Of a stretch of 64,000 nucleotides of DNA, positions 44,924 through 55,932 are shown one piece after another (position 1 is the first letter of the stretch; each line of letters begins with the position of its first letter). Origin of the DNA: Candidatus Berkelbacteria bacterium (GTDB lineage: Bacteria > Patescibacteriota > UBA1384 > UBA12157); the NCBI GenBank assembly GCA_037127955.1, contig JBAXXI010000001.1, positions 9,217-73,216 of the forward strand, written 5' to 3'. The translations under genes and the position numbers were made by a program. Below the pieces are notes generated by a model. The model ran no database searches, was not told the DNA's origin, and saw only the letters and a list, made by a program, of their open reading frames with translations.

Positions 44924-47473
44924 TTATTTCCCGTGACACTTTTTAAATTTCTTGCCAGATCCACATGGACATTCATCATTACGACCAACATGACCGAAAG
45001 CTGACGAGACAGATGGCGAGTTAACATCGTTGGTCTGTGTTTTTTGCCTCACCGTCACTTCAACTCCATTTTTAGAATTCCCAGGTTTTGATTCGTTGTG
45101 AACTACCGGACGAGCCGACGCAATAGCTCCTCCAGCCATATTTTCATCAGCGCCCTGCATCTTCATTTTTCGCTGAGGCTGACGCTCAATACTCAATGGT
45201 CGTGGATTAATTTCTGCTTTGAGCAAAATCTCCACGGCCTGATTGTCAATACTTGTCATTAATCTTTGAAACAAATGATAAGCCTCAGCCTTATACTCAA
45301 CCAAAGGATCACGTTGGCCATAACCGCGCAAACCAATCCCATCACGCAAAACTTCCAAAGCATTTAAGTGCTCCACCCAGATCGTATCAATTGAACGCAA
45401 ATAAACCATACGCTCCACTTCGTCCATTACTTCGGCGCCAATCGAATTATATTTTTTTTCATAAACTGACCGAGTGTCATCATCAAGTAAATTTAATATG
45501 TCTTCATGAATACTTTTTGATTGTAAAATATGTTTTCGCTTAGTGTAAATTGCCTGTCTATGCTTATTAGCGACATCGTCATATTCAACAAGTTGTTTGC
45601 GAATATCAAAGTTATGGCCTTCAACTTTTTTCTGAGCCGATTCAATCGAACGAGAAATTAAACCATGTTCAATTGGCATATCGTCTGGCAATTTTAGACT
45701 ATCCATTAATTTTTTCATCTTGTCGCCCCCAAAAATACGCATCAAATCGTCGTCCATCGAAACATAAAATTGACTTGAGCCTGGATCACCTTGACGACCA
45801 GCTCGACCTCGAAGCTGATTATCAATTCGTCGAGACTCGTGACGTTCGGTACCAATAATATGCAAACCGCCTAACCTTGCCACTTCAGCACGTTTTTCAT
45901 TATCAACTGGCACGCCGCCGAGCAAAATATCAACACCACGACCAGCCATGTTTGTAGCCACAGTCACTGCGCCGGCCCGGCCCGCTTGCTCGATAATTTT
46001 AGCTTCACGTTCATGGTGTTTGGCATTTAAAACTTCATGACGAACACCACGACGGGTCAACATTTGTGATAATTTTTCTGATTTTTCAATCGAAATAGTA
46101 CCAACCAAAACTGGTTGACCAAGTGCATTTTTCTTTTTCACTTCTTCGACCACAGCTAAAAATTTGGCTTCTTCTGACTTATAAATTAGATCCTGTAAAT
46201 CTTGACGTACAGCCGGCTTATTAGTTGGAATCTCCACCACATCAAGTTTATAAATTTTATAAAATTCTTCAGCTTCAGTGGCGGCCGTTCCGGTCATACC
46301 AGCTAATTTTTTATACATTCGAAATAAATTTTGAAACGAAATAGTCGCCAAAGTATCTGACTCGCGTTGAACTTCAACCTTTTCTTTGGCTTCGATTGCC
46401 TGGTGTAAACCCTCAGAGTAACGGCGACCGGGCATGAGTCGTCCAGTAAACTCATCGACAATTACCACCTCACCATCTTTGACCACGTAATCTTTATCTT
46501 TTTTATAAATCACATTGGCAACCAAAGCTTGCTCTAAATGATGAACTAATTCGATCGAATTTGCATCATAAATATTTTTAATACCCAGTAATTTTTCAAT
46601 TTTATCCATACCAGCATCGGTCAAGGTAACAGCTCGCATTTTTTCATCTAAAGTATAATCTGTTTCAGAAACTAATTGTGGTACGATTTGAGCAAATTTT
46701 CGATAGAGCCCAGCCGATTCTTCGGCTGCCGCCGAAATAATCAAAGGCGTTCTAGCCTCATCAATCAAAATTGAATCGACTTCATCTACAATCGCAAAGT
46801 TTAATTCACGTTGCGCCATTTGACTAGCATTTTGAACCATATTATCACGCAAATAATCGAAACCGAATTCATTATTTGTACCATAAGTAATATCGGCCAC
46901 ATAAGCTTCCTGACGAGTAATCGGACGTAAATTTTCATATTCGATATTAACCGGGTCTGACTCAGGATTAAGCTTAACTGGATTGAAAATATATGAACTT
47001 TCATGATTAATAACTGCAGTTGAAAGACCAAGTTTGGCATAAATTTGCCCCATCCAGGCACAATGAAAACGCGCCAAGTAATCATTAACTGTAATCAAAT
47101 GAACACCTTTGCCCTCTAAAGCGTTCAAGTAAAGCGGAGCCGTCGCCACCAAAGTCTTACCTTCACCAGTTTTCATTTCGGCAATCTTGCCCTGATGCAG
47201 AACAATTCCGCCGACCAACTGAACATCAAAATGTCGTTGACCGATCGTTCTTTTTGCCGCTTCACGAACAGCAGCAAAAGCCTCTGGTAAAAGATCATCA
47301 AGCGTCTCACCCTTAGTCAGTCTTTCTTTAAATTCAACGGTTTTCTCTTTTAATTCTTTATCGGTTAATTTTTCGAATTCTGGTTCTTGAGAATTAATCT
47401 CATTAATCAAAGGCTGAAGCTGATTAATTACACCTTGATTTGAACCAAACATATTTCCTAAAAATTCAAACAT
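44924..47473 (-). CDS. secA: Preprotein translocase ATPase SecA
   Basis: Start [17 protein letters not shown]-like motor, PPXD and HSD regions. C-terminal zinc-binding [14 protein letters not shown]. Confidence 0.93.
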   Translation of the reverse strand: MFEFLGNMFGSNQGVINQLQPLINEINSQEPEFEKLTDKELKEKTVEFKERLTKGETLDDLLPEAFAAVREAAKRTIGQRHFDVQLVGGIVLHQGKIAEMKTGEGKTLVATAPLYLNALEGKGVHLITVNDYLARFHCAWMGQIYAKLGLSTAVINHESSYIFNPVKLNPESDPVNIEYENLRPITRQEAYVADITYGTNNEFGFDYLRDNMVQNASQMAQRELNFAIVDEVDSILIDEARTPLIISAAAEESAGLYRKFAQIVPQLVSETDYTLDEKMRAVTLTDAGMDKIEKLLGIKNIYDANSIELVHHLEQALVANVIYKKDKDYVVKDGEVVIVDEFTGRLMPGRRYSEGLHQAIEAKEKVEVQRESDTLATISFQNLFRMYKKLAGMTGTAATEAEEFYKIYKLDVVEIPTNKPAVRQDLQDLIYKSEEAKFLAVVEEVKKKNALGQPVLVGTISIEKSEKLSQMLTRRGVRHEVLNAKHHEREAKIIEQAGRAGAVTVATNMAGRGVDILLGGVPVDNEKRAEVARLGGLHIIGTERHESRRIDNQLRGRAGRQGDPGSSQFYVSMDDDLMRIFGGDKMKKLMDSLKLPDDMPIEHGLISRSIESAQKKVEGHNFDIRKQLVEYDDVANKHRQAIYTKRKHILQSKSIHEDILNLLDDDTRSVYEKKYNSIGAEVMDEVERMVYLRSIDTIWVEHLNALEVLRDGIGLRGYGQRDPLVEYKAEAYHLFQRLMTSIDNQAVEILLKAEINPRPLSIERQPQRKMKMQGADENMAGGAIASARPVVHNESKPGNSKNGVEVTVRQKTQTNDVNSPSVSSAFGHVGRNDECPCGSGKKFKKCHGK

Positions 47474-47594
47474 TTTTCGCCTTTCTTTAATTCCTGACTC
47501 AATATAATAATTATACCAGATCAAACAGATAAAGCTAGACTAAAATAAGATCGTAAATTGCGATATTTAGTCACTTAGCGTAAAATATAATTAT

Positions 47595-48197
47595 ATGAAA
47601 AATATTTTAATTGGTATTATAATTGTTGGTTTGATCGGCATACTAATTATGTTCGGTTTAAAATCAACTAAAAAATCAACACCAACAAATACGACCACTA
47701 CAACCACCGCAAACACCAAAACAGAGAATACTATCTTAAAGCCGAAATCCAGCACTACTAACAATGTCTATTACGGCTTCAAATTACCAGTAAAACTAAA
47801 TGACACCGATGTAACAAATAGTTTAGCCAATAAAACCAGGATAAACATCAGTGGAAATAATTTTTGCGAAGAAACTTTATCCATGGCCGAACAAGACGCC
47901 TGGCAAATCGTCAGCCAAGAAAATTTTACAACCGGAGATGGCGAAAGTTTTGTTACCGATTATTTTAAAACAAAAGATTCGCCAGCCATTGAATTTTACT
48001 GTCATTGGGATAGTCCAAGCCAAACTTTTGACAGAGGTACTATCACTTTCATTAGTACTGAAAAAATTGGTTCATGGCTTTTAAAGATAAAAAATAACCC
48101 GAATGCAATTTTAGCCGAATATTTAAATGTCGCCGAACTCATGGATTGCAATGGCACTATCGTCGAGACATCGCCTGGCATCACCGAATGCAAATAA
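47595..48197 (+). CDS. Hypothetical secreted/anchored protein with a Thr-rich linker (200 aa)
   Basis: N-terminal TM or signal sequence, TNTTTTTTANT linker, four Cys in the C-terminal half. Confidence 0.4.
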   Translation: MKNILIGIIIVGLIGILIMFGLKSTKKSTPTNTTTTTTANTKTENTILKPKSSTTNNVYYGFKLPVKLNDTDVTNSLANKTRINISGNNFCEETLSMAEQDAWQIVSQENFTTGDGESFVTDYFKTKDSPAIEFYCHWDSPSQTFDRGTITFISTEKIGSWLLKIKNNPNAILAEYLNVAELMDCNGTIVETSPGITECK

Positions 48198-48214
48198 GTA
48201 TAATTATTCTACTT

Positions 48215-48243
48215 AAAAAAGTCCTGACTTCAGGACTTTTTTT
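48215..48243. terminator. Bidirectional Rho-independent terminator
   Basis: aaaaaa-GTCCTGA-cttc-AGGAC(T)-ttttttt. Confidence 0.85.
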
Positions 48244-48264
48244 AAATATAAATTTATTTTTGAA

Positions 48265-48600
48265 TTAGATTATTTCATCGTCGATATGACGATCGCCAAT
48301 CTTAATTTTTTCTTTATACTTCACAATTTCTCGTTCTAATTTTTCTTGAGCCAAATCAATCGAGCCAAAAAAATCATCGGTTTGCGCCTCAACATGCAAA
48401 GCATTTTTCTCACCAGGCAAAGTCAAAGTAATTCGTACCAATTTATCTTCACCACCTTTTGGACCAAATTCATTAGATAAAGTAATATCGCAAATTGCTG
48501 GCTCAACAATCATCTCGATAAATTTCAAAACTTTCTCTTGAGCATAACTTTTCAAATCTTCGTTTAATTCAACATTGTGACCGGAAATATTAATTGTCAT
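48265..48600 (-). CDS. hpf: Ribosome hibernation promoting factor (HPF/RaiA family)
   Basis: 111 aa. MTINISGHNVELNEDLKSYAQEKV...IDLAQEKLEREI matches the S30AE/HPF fold pattern. Confidence 0.85.
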   Translation of the reverse strand: MTINISGHNVELNEDLKSYAQEKVLKFIEMIVEPAICDITLSNEFGPKGGEDKLVRITLTLPGEKNALHVEAQTDDFFGSIDLAQEKLEREIVKYKEKIKIGDRHIDDEII

Positions 48601-49871
48601 TTTACGCTCCTTTTGATTTCCTTAAAATTACAATATTTATGCAAAACTTTAGGTAAACGCACGGAACCATCTTTTTGCTGAAAATTTTCCAAAATAGCAA
48701 TTAAAGCTCTTGAAATCGCAATTGCCGTACCATTCAAAGTATGAACAAAATCCTTATTACCATTTTCATCTTGATACTTAATATTTAAACCGCGAGACTG
48801 ATAGTCGGTACAATTGGAAGTCGAGGTTATCTCCGCCCAATCGCCCATACCGTTTTTCGTATTCGGTTTACCAGGCATCCAAGCCTCTAAATCAAAAGTT
48901 CTAAAACTTGGCCCACCTAAATCAGCAGTACAATGATCCACAACTCTAAACGGAATTTCTAATTTTTTGAATATTTCTTTTTCTACAGCCAAAAGCTCTA
49001 AGTGCATTTTTTCTGAATCTTCAGGTTTTGTATAACTAAACATCTCAATCTTAGTAAACTGATGAACTCGGAATAAACCTTTGGAAAATTTAGAATAGCT
49101 ACCAGCTTCAGTCCGAAAACAGTGAGAAACAGCCGCATATTTCTTCGGCAATTCCTTCTCGTCTAAAACCTCATTCATATGATAACCACCCATGGTAATT
49201 TCGGCCGTACCAATTAAACTTAAATCGGTATTTTCCACATTGTAGATCTGGGTCGATTCACCTCTTGGATTAAAACCCAAACCTTCCAAAACTTCTTTTT
49301 TAGCCAAGTCTGGCGTAGTAAAAGGCGTAAAACCTTTTTTAACCAAAATATCCAAAGCAAAACCAATTAAAGCTTGTTCCAAAAGAGCTAATTCATTTTT
49401 TAAATAATAAAATTTAGCACCACTAACCTTAGTTGCACGCTCAAAATCAATTAAATCTAAACTTTCCGCCAGCTGTAAATGATCTTTTGGTTCAAAATTA
49501 AAATTAGTTGGCTTTAAGTAAATTTCTAAAACCGGATTATCGCACTCATCAGAACTTATTTTAACTTCAGAGTGAGTTAAATTCGGCACCTTCAGTAATA
49601 TTTCGCGAATCTTAACGGCCAAAGGGTCAACTTCTTTTTCAAGTTCAGAAATTTCCTCGCCAACTTTTTTCATCTGCAATATAATTTCTGGGGTTGGTTT
49701 GGTTTTTGAAGCTTCATTTCTTTTGGCACGCAGAGTCTCGATCTTAGTTTCAAAATCACGTTTTTTTTCGTCGAGTTTAACCAATTCATCAAGATCGACT
49801 TCGACCAATCGGTTTTTGGTATTGGTTTTAACTTGATCCAAGTTCTCTCTAATGAATTTAATGTCTAACAT
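48597..49871 (-). CDS. serS: Seryl-tRNA synthetase
   Basis: N-terminal coiled-coil arm (MLDIKFIRENLD). Class II motifs including FRTEAGS and GSGLAIGRT-like. Confidence 0.92.
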   Translation of the reverse strand: MLDIKFIRENLDQVKTNTKNRLVEVDLDELVKLDEKKRDFETKIETLRAKRNEASKTKPTPEIILQMKKVGEEISELEKEVDPLAVKIREILLKVPNLTHSEVKISSDECDNPVLEIYLKPTNFNFEPKDHLQLAESLDLIDFERATKVSGAKFYYLKNELALLEQALIGFALDILVKKGFTPFTTPDLAKKEVLEGLGFNPRGESTQIYNVENTDLSLIGTAEITMGGYHMNEVLDEKELPKKYAAVSHCFRTEAGSYSKFSKGLFRVHQFTKIEMFSYTKPEDSEKMHLELLAVEKEIFKKLEIPFRVVDHCTADLGGPSFRTFDLEAWMPGKPNTKNGMGDWAEITSTSNCTDYQSRGLNIKYQDENGNKDFVHTLNGTAIAISRALIAILENFQQKDGSVRLPKVLHKYCNFKEIKRSVK

Positions 49872-49872
49872 A

Positions 49873-50466
49873 TTACTCCTTTATAATTTGCTCTACTCGA
49901 AATATCTTTTTACCTAAAACTGCAAAAATTAATAATATATTAATAATAACAAGATATATTGGAAAAGCATATGCTGTAAAAACCCATGATTTTATTGCAA
50001 AAAAACTAGTTATCGAGCTAAATAATCCAGTAACATAAGGGTCAATTGTTTCGGTTGCTGGGTAATGCCAAGATTTAATAAGGGTTGGTATAGCTGCAAA
50101 AAAGTCACTAGCTACAGCAAAAATAATTGCAATCAATGGTTCTTTAGTAATCCACCATAATAATAAAGCTAAAACAGAACAAATACCACAAATATAATCG
50201 AAAGACTCTAATTTCCAATACGATTTTGGATTAATAAACGACGCCAGAAAAACTAATAAAGGGCCAAAACCAGACATAAAAACAGGTAAAACCGCCCATC
50301 TAATACCGTCAGAAAACGCTGCAACGCTCGCTATTAGAGGAGCTATCGCCCATAAAAGCCAACTAACCTTATTTGGTTTTGTCTCACCTTTAATGGTTTC
50401 TTTTATATATGAAGCGATGCCAATTAACTGGGCAACAGCCCCGATAATAACAACATACTGAAGCAT
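49873..50466 (-). CDS. Hypothetical polytopic membrane protein (197 aa)
   Basis: ORF track. About six TM helices. Immediately downstream of serS. Confidence 0.4.
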   Translation of the reverse strand: MLQYVVIIGAVAQLIGIASYIKETIKGETKPNKVSWLLWAIAPLIASVAAFSDGIRWAVLPVFMSGFGPLLVFLASFINPKSYWKLESFDYICGICSVLALLLWWITKEPLIAIIFAVASDFFAAIPTLIKSWHYPATETIDPYVTGLFSSITSFFAIKSWVFTAYAFPIYLVIINILLIFAVLGKKIFRVEQIIKE

Positions 50467-50486
50467 AAAATATTTCTCGATAATAA

Positions 50487-52043
50487 TTATATTGATTTTA
50501 ATCTATCAATAACAAATTTTTGATCTAAACTTGCCAGTAACCAGCCAGCCTGCGGGCCGGAATCTTTACCTAAAAATGATAAATAAATAGCGGAAAAAGC
50601 CTGTTTTGGCTCAATTTTCATATCATTTTTAATCTCGTGGATCTTGGCGTGCAAATCCTCACCCGTCCATTTTTCTTGAGCCGATATAGCCTCGGCGATT
50701 TTTGCTAAATAAGTTTTTTGCTCGTTGCTTAAATTCTTGGCAACCTCTGGAACAACATCGGAAATGGTAAATTTGACTGATTCTGGCGCGTACCCATCGA
50801 GCCACAATTTAGCCACTTTGATCCGATTTTCGATTTCTTCTTTTTCCACTTCAGTTAGCTCGCTACCCTTTTCTTCTTTAGCATAAGCTAAAATATCCAT
50901 TCTTGGCATTTGTAAAAAATTAGCCACTTTTGAAAATCTTAAGTAATAGCTTGGCAGTTTATCAAACAATCCTTTTTCTGTATAGAAAAACGCTCTAGCC
51001 ATGTCGGTATCAACCTTTTCCTGAAAATCCTTAGCGCAACGATCATATTCATCGTAAAGTAACGGAATAGTATCGCCTTCCGGGTTAAACTCAATTGCTC
51101 TTTTATATTTAGTTCTGGTAAATAAAAATTTCAAAATATTGGCAGGCAATAAATCGGCCATCTGTTTGGCCGTCACACCTAAGCCCTTGCTTGAACTCAT
51201 TTTGGCACCACCAATTAAAATGTGTTCATATGGCGCATCGTGAGGTGGGGTCTTGCCAAAAACTTCTCGATAAATTCGACTGGCGACATCACGAGTCCCG
51301 CCGGCGGCGGCATGATCTTTACCGGCACCTTCAACATCAATACCCATAAAGCTCCATTTACTCGGCCATTCAACCTTATAAGGCAGTTTTGCATTGCCGT
51401 CAAACGGACTAATTTTACCCTTATAACCACAACCTTTAGCCCAATCAACCATATTTTCCATACACTCAAATTCAACTTCGGTGCCGTCCCAACCATGGAC
51501 ACGAGTCGTACCAATTTTACCGCAATTTGGACAAACCACATTTAAAGCATACCAATCTTCACCTTTGTCGCTTCCCGAAACCTCTTTGTAAATCGCCCTA
51601 ATCTTATCGGCATGATCGAGCGTTAGCTTGATTGCATCATTGAACTTGCCTTCTTTATATAAAATTGAAGTATAATAATACTCTGGCTTTATCTTTAAAT
51701 AATCAATAATAGCCTTTAGTTCATTGGCATATTGAGCTGCAAAACTTTCCGACTGACCGTCAGGAGCTGGTACATTTGATAACGGCAATCCCATATATTT
51801 TTCAAAACTTTGATCAACATAAATCGGCAAGCCATCCATTGGATCAAAATCGTCAAAACCAAAAATAAACTTGGCTTTCTTACCATTCTCCACAAGACCT
51901 TCACGAATTAAATCGTGAATAATCAAACCACGCAAAGACCCGACATGGGCCTGACCAGACGGAGTAGTTGAGTCATTAATCAAATAGGAATCTTTATTTT
52001 CTTTGGCTATAATACTGTGTGTAATTTCATCTGTCCAAAACAT
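50487..52043 (-). CDS. lysK: Class I lysyl-tRNA synthetase (archaeal-type)
   Basis: PSGQAHVGSLRG (HIGH-like of class I LysRS) and KMSSSKG (KMSKS), about 518 aa. The architecture differs from class II LysS. Confidence 0.8.
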   Translation of the reverse strand: MFWTDEITHSIIAKENKDSYLINDSTTPSGQAHVGSLRGLIIHDLIREGLVENGKKAKFIFGFDDFDPMDGLPIYVDQSFEKYMGLPLSNVPAPDGQSESFAAQYANELKAIIDYLKIKPEYYYTSILYKEGKFNDAIKLTLDHADKIRAIYKEVSGSDKGEDWYALNVVCPNCGKIGTTRVHGWDGTEVEFECMENMVDWAKGCGYKGKISPFDGNAKLPYKVEWPSKWSFMGIDVEGAGKDHAAAGGTRDVASRIYREVFGKTPPHDAPYEHILIGGAKMSSSKGLGVTAKQMADLLPANILKFLFTRTKYKRAIEFNPEGDTIPLLYDEYDRCAKDFQEKVDTDMARAFFYTEKGLFDKLPSYYLRFSKVANFLQMPRMDILAYAKEEKGSELTEVEKEEIENRIKVAKLWLDGYAPESVKFTISDVVPEVAKNLSNEQKTYLAKIAEAISAQEKWTGEDLHAKIHEIKNDMKIEPKQAFSAIYLSFLGKDSGPQAGWLLASLDQKFVIDRLKSI

Positions 52044-52083
52044 GGTAATTTCCTCAATATATTTGGTTTGATTGTATCAAAAA

Positions 52084-52112
52084 AAAGACCTGTTCGCAAC
52101 CTGGTCTTTTTT
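52084..52112. terminator. Rho-independent terminator after greA
   Basis: aaaa-AGACC-tgttcgcaacc-TGGTCT-tttttc. Confidence 0.7.
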
Positions 52113-52136
52113 CTTTTCTAATATAAGCGACAATAT

Positions 52137-52595
52137 TTACTTAACGTCAACAATTAAATATGTGGTTGTTCCACCTGGAGTTTTAATATCAACCTTCTCA
52201 CCTTTAGCTTTTCCAATCAAAGAAAAACCAAGCGGTGATTCAGCAGAAATCTTACCCTTTAGCGGATCTGATTCATTGGCACCAACGATTTCATAAGAAA
52301 ATGAATCATTATCAAGCTTTAAAGTCACGGTTGAACCCATTTCAACCTTATTGCTAGAAGCAGATTTCACAACTACTTTGGCATTTTTAATCATTTCTTC
52401 TAAATCTTGGATTTTACCTTCAACAAAAGATTGTTCATTACGAGCATCATCATATTCACTATTTTCAGAAAGATCACCATATTCACGAGCAATTCGAATA
52501 CGCTCAGCTACGGTTTTACGTCGTTCTTTAAGTTCTTTTAATTCTTTTTTTAATTTTTCTAAACCTTGCTGGGTTAAAAGTGTTTCTTTTGGCAT
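52137..52595 (-). CDS. greA: Transcription elongation factor GreA
   Basis: N-terminal coiled-coil LTQQGLEKLKKELKEL and a C-terminal FKBP-like domain. Confidence 0.9.
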   Translation of the reverse strand: MPKETLLTQQGLEKLKKELKELKERRKTVAERIRIAREYGDLSENSEYDDARNEQSFVEGKIQDLEEMIKNAKVVVKSASSNKVEMGSTVTLKLDNDSFSYEIVGANESDPLKGKISAESPLGFSLIGKAKGEKVDIKTPGGTTTYLIVDVK

Positions 52596-52701
52596 TTTTT
52601 TCCTAAATTATTCTTAAATTTTTTCTGGACACTTCATACATTTTAATATAACTACAATTTATTGTCAATAGATCAATCTTAACAATTATTTAAAAATGAT
52701 T

Positions 52702-54597
52702 TTATTCTTCCGAAAAATATGACTTCATAGCACTCTTAATAACTGGGCCTGCGGCTGCATAACCTTCACCGCCACCTTCAACAATAACTGCAATCGCGAT
52801 TTGCGGATTTTTATAAGGCGCGAACGCCACCATCCAGGCATGAGTTTTATCTTGATCGCCAAACTGCGCTGTACCAGTTTTAGCCGCAACTTCTACCGAT
52901 AAGTCCTTCAGTGCCTGACCAGAGCCAGATGTAACAGTTTGGCGCATACCATCACGAACAATTCGTAAATTATTAGCATCAACTACATTAGACCTAGTCA
53001 CAACATTTGGAAAAGTTTGAATCGTATTACCATTATTATCAGTAATTTTTGAAACTAGATGCGGTTTTAATAAGTTTCCACCATTAGCAACCGTGGCTGT
53101 GGCCATCGCCATTTGGAGCGGAGTAGTTAAAACATCTCCTTGACCGATTGACATATGATAAGTATCACCCAAATACCACATTTCATTTTTAGTCTTTTTC
53201 TTCCAAGCTGGATCAGGCACCAGTCCTTTGGCTTCACCCGGTAAATCAATCCCACTCTTAGCGCCTAACCCAAATTTTTCATAATAGGCTTTCAACTTAT
53301 CTGGACCGATTCCTTTAATCTTATCGTAACCACCACCAACTGCATAAAAATAAATATTGACACTTTCGGCAATCGCTTTTTTTACATCAGTCAACCCGTG
53401 ATATTTCCAGTCTGGAAAAGTCCAACTTCCTACTTTAATTTCAGCCGGACAATCTAAAGTTGTATTTTCCGTAATCACCCCCTCTTGAAGACCAGCCGCC
53501 GCTACAATCGGCTTAACAGTTGAACCAGAAGGATATTCGCCAGAAATAGCCCGATTAAAAAGAGGTAAATTTTTATCTTTAAGAATCTTCTGGTAATCTT
53601 CAGCACTTATACCCTGAGCAAAAACATTATTGTCATAACTCGGCAAACTAACTAAGGCCAAAATTTCACCGGTTTGCGGATTAACGGCCACGGCTGCGCC
53701 CGCGCTTGAACCGGTTTTCTCAATTTCGCTCGCCATAGTTTCAGAAATCGCTTGTTCAAGATCAGCATTAAGCGACAAAACTAAATTATTCCCAGGTTCA
53801 GGCGAAAGCGAAGTTAGTAATCTCTGTGCTCTTCCACGAGAATCAACCTCGATTTCATTAATCCCATCTTTACCTTTCAAATATGACTGATAAATTTTTT
53901 CGAGACCATCTTTACCAATCATTTGATCTAACGTTAAAGTAATATCCTGATTATTTTTCAGGTCACTATCAGTCACCCGTCCAGTATAGCCTATGACCGG
54001 AGACAAACCACCAATCGTACTATACTGACGCACAGGTTGAGCCGCGACAACTACGCCAGACAAATCGACTATTTGAGTTTGCAATAAAAGCGCCGTATCC
54101 CGATCAAGTTTTTCTTTCAAAATAACCGCATTTGTCGAATAAGGGCCTTTTTCGTTAATCTTTGCTTTAATTTCGTCAGACGGGATTTGAGTAATCTGAC
54201 TTAAATGATCGTAAAATGCTTGACGCTCGCTAGTCTGACGCGGCAAATCAACCGGATAAACCTGTAAACTAAAAGAGGCATCATTCAAGACCAAAGGTTT
54301 ACCAGTATTATCATAAATCAAACCACGAGGTGCAGGAATCAATCTTGTTCGAATTCTATTGCCTTCAGCCAAAAATCGATTAAAACTACCTTGTTTTATT
54401 TGAAGGTTAAGAAGCTGGATGCCTAAACATAAAAAAACCAAAAATATCGCTAAATAAAAACTCCAAAAATGCTTTTCTTCCCTTGAAAATATCTCTTGTT
54501 CGGCCGGAAAAAGTTCGTATTCATCTTTATCTAATTCTACTCGTCTATAACCACGATCCCCTGGTAAACTCTTATCAAAACGATCAAAAATACTCAT
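52702..54597 (-). CDS. mrdA: Penicillin-binding protein 2 (elongasome transpeptidase)
   Basis: N-terminal TM. Transpeptidase motifs SGSTVKP (SxxK), SVN and KTGTAQ. 4-nt overlap with mreD. Confidence 0.88.
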   Translation of the reverse strand: MSIFDRFDKSLPGDRGYRRVELDKDEYELFPAEQEIFSREEKHFWSFYLAIFLVFLCLGIQLLNLQIKQGSFNRFLAEGNRIRTRLIPAPRGLIYDNTGKPLVLNDASFSLQVYPVDLPRQTSERQAFYDHLSQITQIPSDEIKAKINEKGPYSTNAVILKEKLDRDTALLLQTQIVDLSGVVVAAQPVRQYSTIGGLSPVIGYTGRVTDSDLKNNQDITLTLDQMIGKDGLEKIYQSYLKGKDGINEIEVDSRGRAQRLLTSLSPEPGNNLVLSLNADLEQAISETMASEIEKTGSSAGAAVAVNPQTGEILALVSLPSYDNNVFAQGISAEDYQKILKDKNLPLFNRAISGEYPSGSTVKPIVAAAGLQEGVITENTTLDCPAEIKVGSWTFPDWKYHGLTDVKKAIAESVNIYFYAVGGGYDKIKGIGPDKLKAYYEKFGLGAKSGIDLPGEAKGLVPDPAWKKKTKNEMWYLGDTYHMSIGQGDVLTTPLQMAMATATVANGGNLLKPHLVSKITDNNGNTIQTFPNVVTRSNVVDANNLRIVRDGMRQTVTSGSGQALKDLSVEVAAKTGTAQFGDQDKTHAWMVAFAPYKNPQIAIAVIVEGGGEGYAAAGPVIKSAMKSYFSEE

Positions 54598-55082
54598 CTT
54601 AAATCCAATCTAACCGTAGAAATATTAAATCGTTTTGACCTTAAATTTAAAATATAAAGAAAAAATTGAGCCCAAGCAATACTAAATAAAATATTAAAGA
54701 TAAAACCTATTAGATTAAATTCGTGACTAATTATAACAAAAATTGAATCATAAATAACAATACAAATAAAAATAATCACAGACATAACCAAAGGCGAAGT
54801 GCCGGTTAGGAATTTATTTACCAAAAACTTTGTCATTAAGGCAAAACCCATTAGTATCAAAGTAAAAAAACCAAAAAACATCGGACTGGCTAAATCGAGC
54901 ATTAACCCACCAAAACTGGCGGTCAAATATGCATCATAGTCATGATCGAAAATCACTAAAACTAGAACTAAAATGAAAACTAAATTCGGCCAAACATTGC
55001 CAATAGCAAAATAAGGTACCAGTGTAAGCTGAACAATAACTAAGAAAAAGATTGCAAAAATTTTAACAATATTTTTTATCAC
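54594..55082 (-). CDS. mreD: Rod shape-determining protein MreD
   Basis: 162 aa, five TM helices, positioned between mreC and pbp2. Confidence 0.6.
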   Translation of the reverse strand: MIKNIVKIFAIFFLVIVQLTLVPYFAIGNVWPNLVFILVLVLVIFDHDYDAYLTASFGGLMLDLASPMFFGFFTLILMGFALMTKFLVNKFLTGTSPLVMSVIIFICIVIYDSIFVIISHEFNLIGFIFNILFSIAWAQFFLYILNLRSKRFNISTVRLDLR

Positions 55083-55864
55083 TTTTTGACCACAAATAAA
55101 ACTTCTAAACGGGAAAAATCTATTGGCGAACCAATAGAAACTTTTTGAAAAATTTCACCTGGTTTTGAAATTAAATTTTGAACTTTTCCGATCACCAACC
55201 CGGCGGGGATCTGACCACCAAGTCCACTGGTTACTACTGACTCACCATTTTTTGTTCCAATATTGAGCGGAATATCCTCCACCACCAAACCCTCCAAGCC
55301 GCCACGCAATAAACCAGTTCCACGTGAATCCTGCAGTATAGCTGGCACTAAAGAATTGTAGTCAGTCACCAAAGTGACTTCAGCGCTATCTGCTTGAACC
55401 GACTTAATAATGCCAACTAGAAAACCTTCAGAAACTACTGCTTGACCCTTAACCACGCCGTCTTTCTCACCTTTGTCGATCACTACTGATTTCAAATAGC
55501 CCGAAGCACGACCAATTATCGCTGACGGCACCAAGGCCATATTTAATGATTGACTCTGCGAAAACTTTAATTCTTTTTTCAAAATTTCATTTTCGTAACT
55601 AACTTCATTTAATTGGGCTAACTGTGATTGTAAATTTAAATTCTCATTAATTAGATCGTGATTCTGTTTTAAAATTCGATTGATTTCAAATATATTAGTA
55701 AAAGTTTTTGGTACACGACCAAAAGAGACTTTCAACACTGCGCCAACTGGGCTAACAGTTCGCCAAAAGATATTTTTAGGAAAACTCAACCAACCAAACA
55801 GAGAACTGACGGCTAGCAATACAGTTAAAATTAAAATTATAATAATCGCTCGGTATCTTTTCAT
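55079..55864 (-). CDS. mreC: Rod shape-determining protein MreC
   Basis: N-terminal TM, coiled-coil, then Gly-rich beta domains (GLVVEDIPLNIGTKNGESVVTSGLGG). Confidence 0.75.
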   Translation of the reverse strand: MKRYRAIIIILILTVLLAVSSLFGWLSFPKNIFWRTVSPVGAVLKVSFGRVPKTFTNIFEINRILKQNHDLINENLNLQSQLAQLNEVSYENEILKKELKFSQSQSLNMALVPSAIIGRASGYLKSVVIDKGEKDGVVKGQAVVSEGFLVGIIKSVQADSAEVTLVTDYNSLVPAILQDSRGTGLLRGGLEGLVVEDIPLNIGTKNGESVVTSGLGGQIPAGLVIGKVQNLISKPGEIFQKVSIGSPIDFSRLEVLFVVKK

Positions 55865-55932
55865 AATCCCTCATTAATTAATTTTAATTACAACTCAAGT
55901 GCTCGAATTAAACGCAAAAATAAAACTCTATC

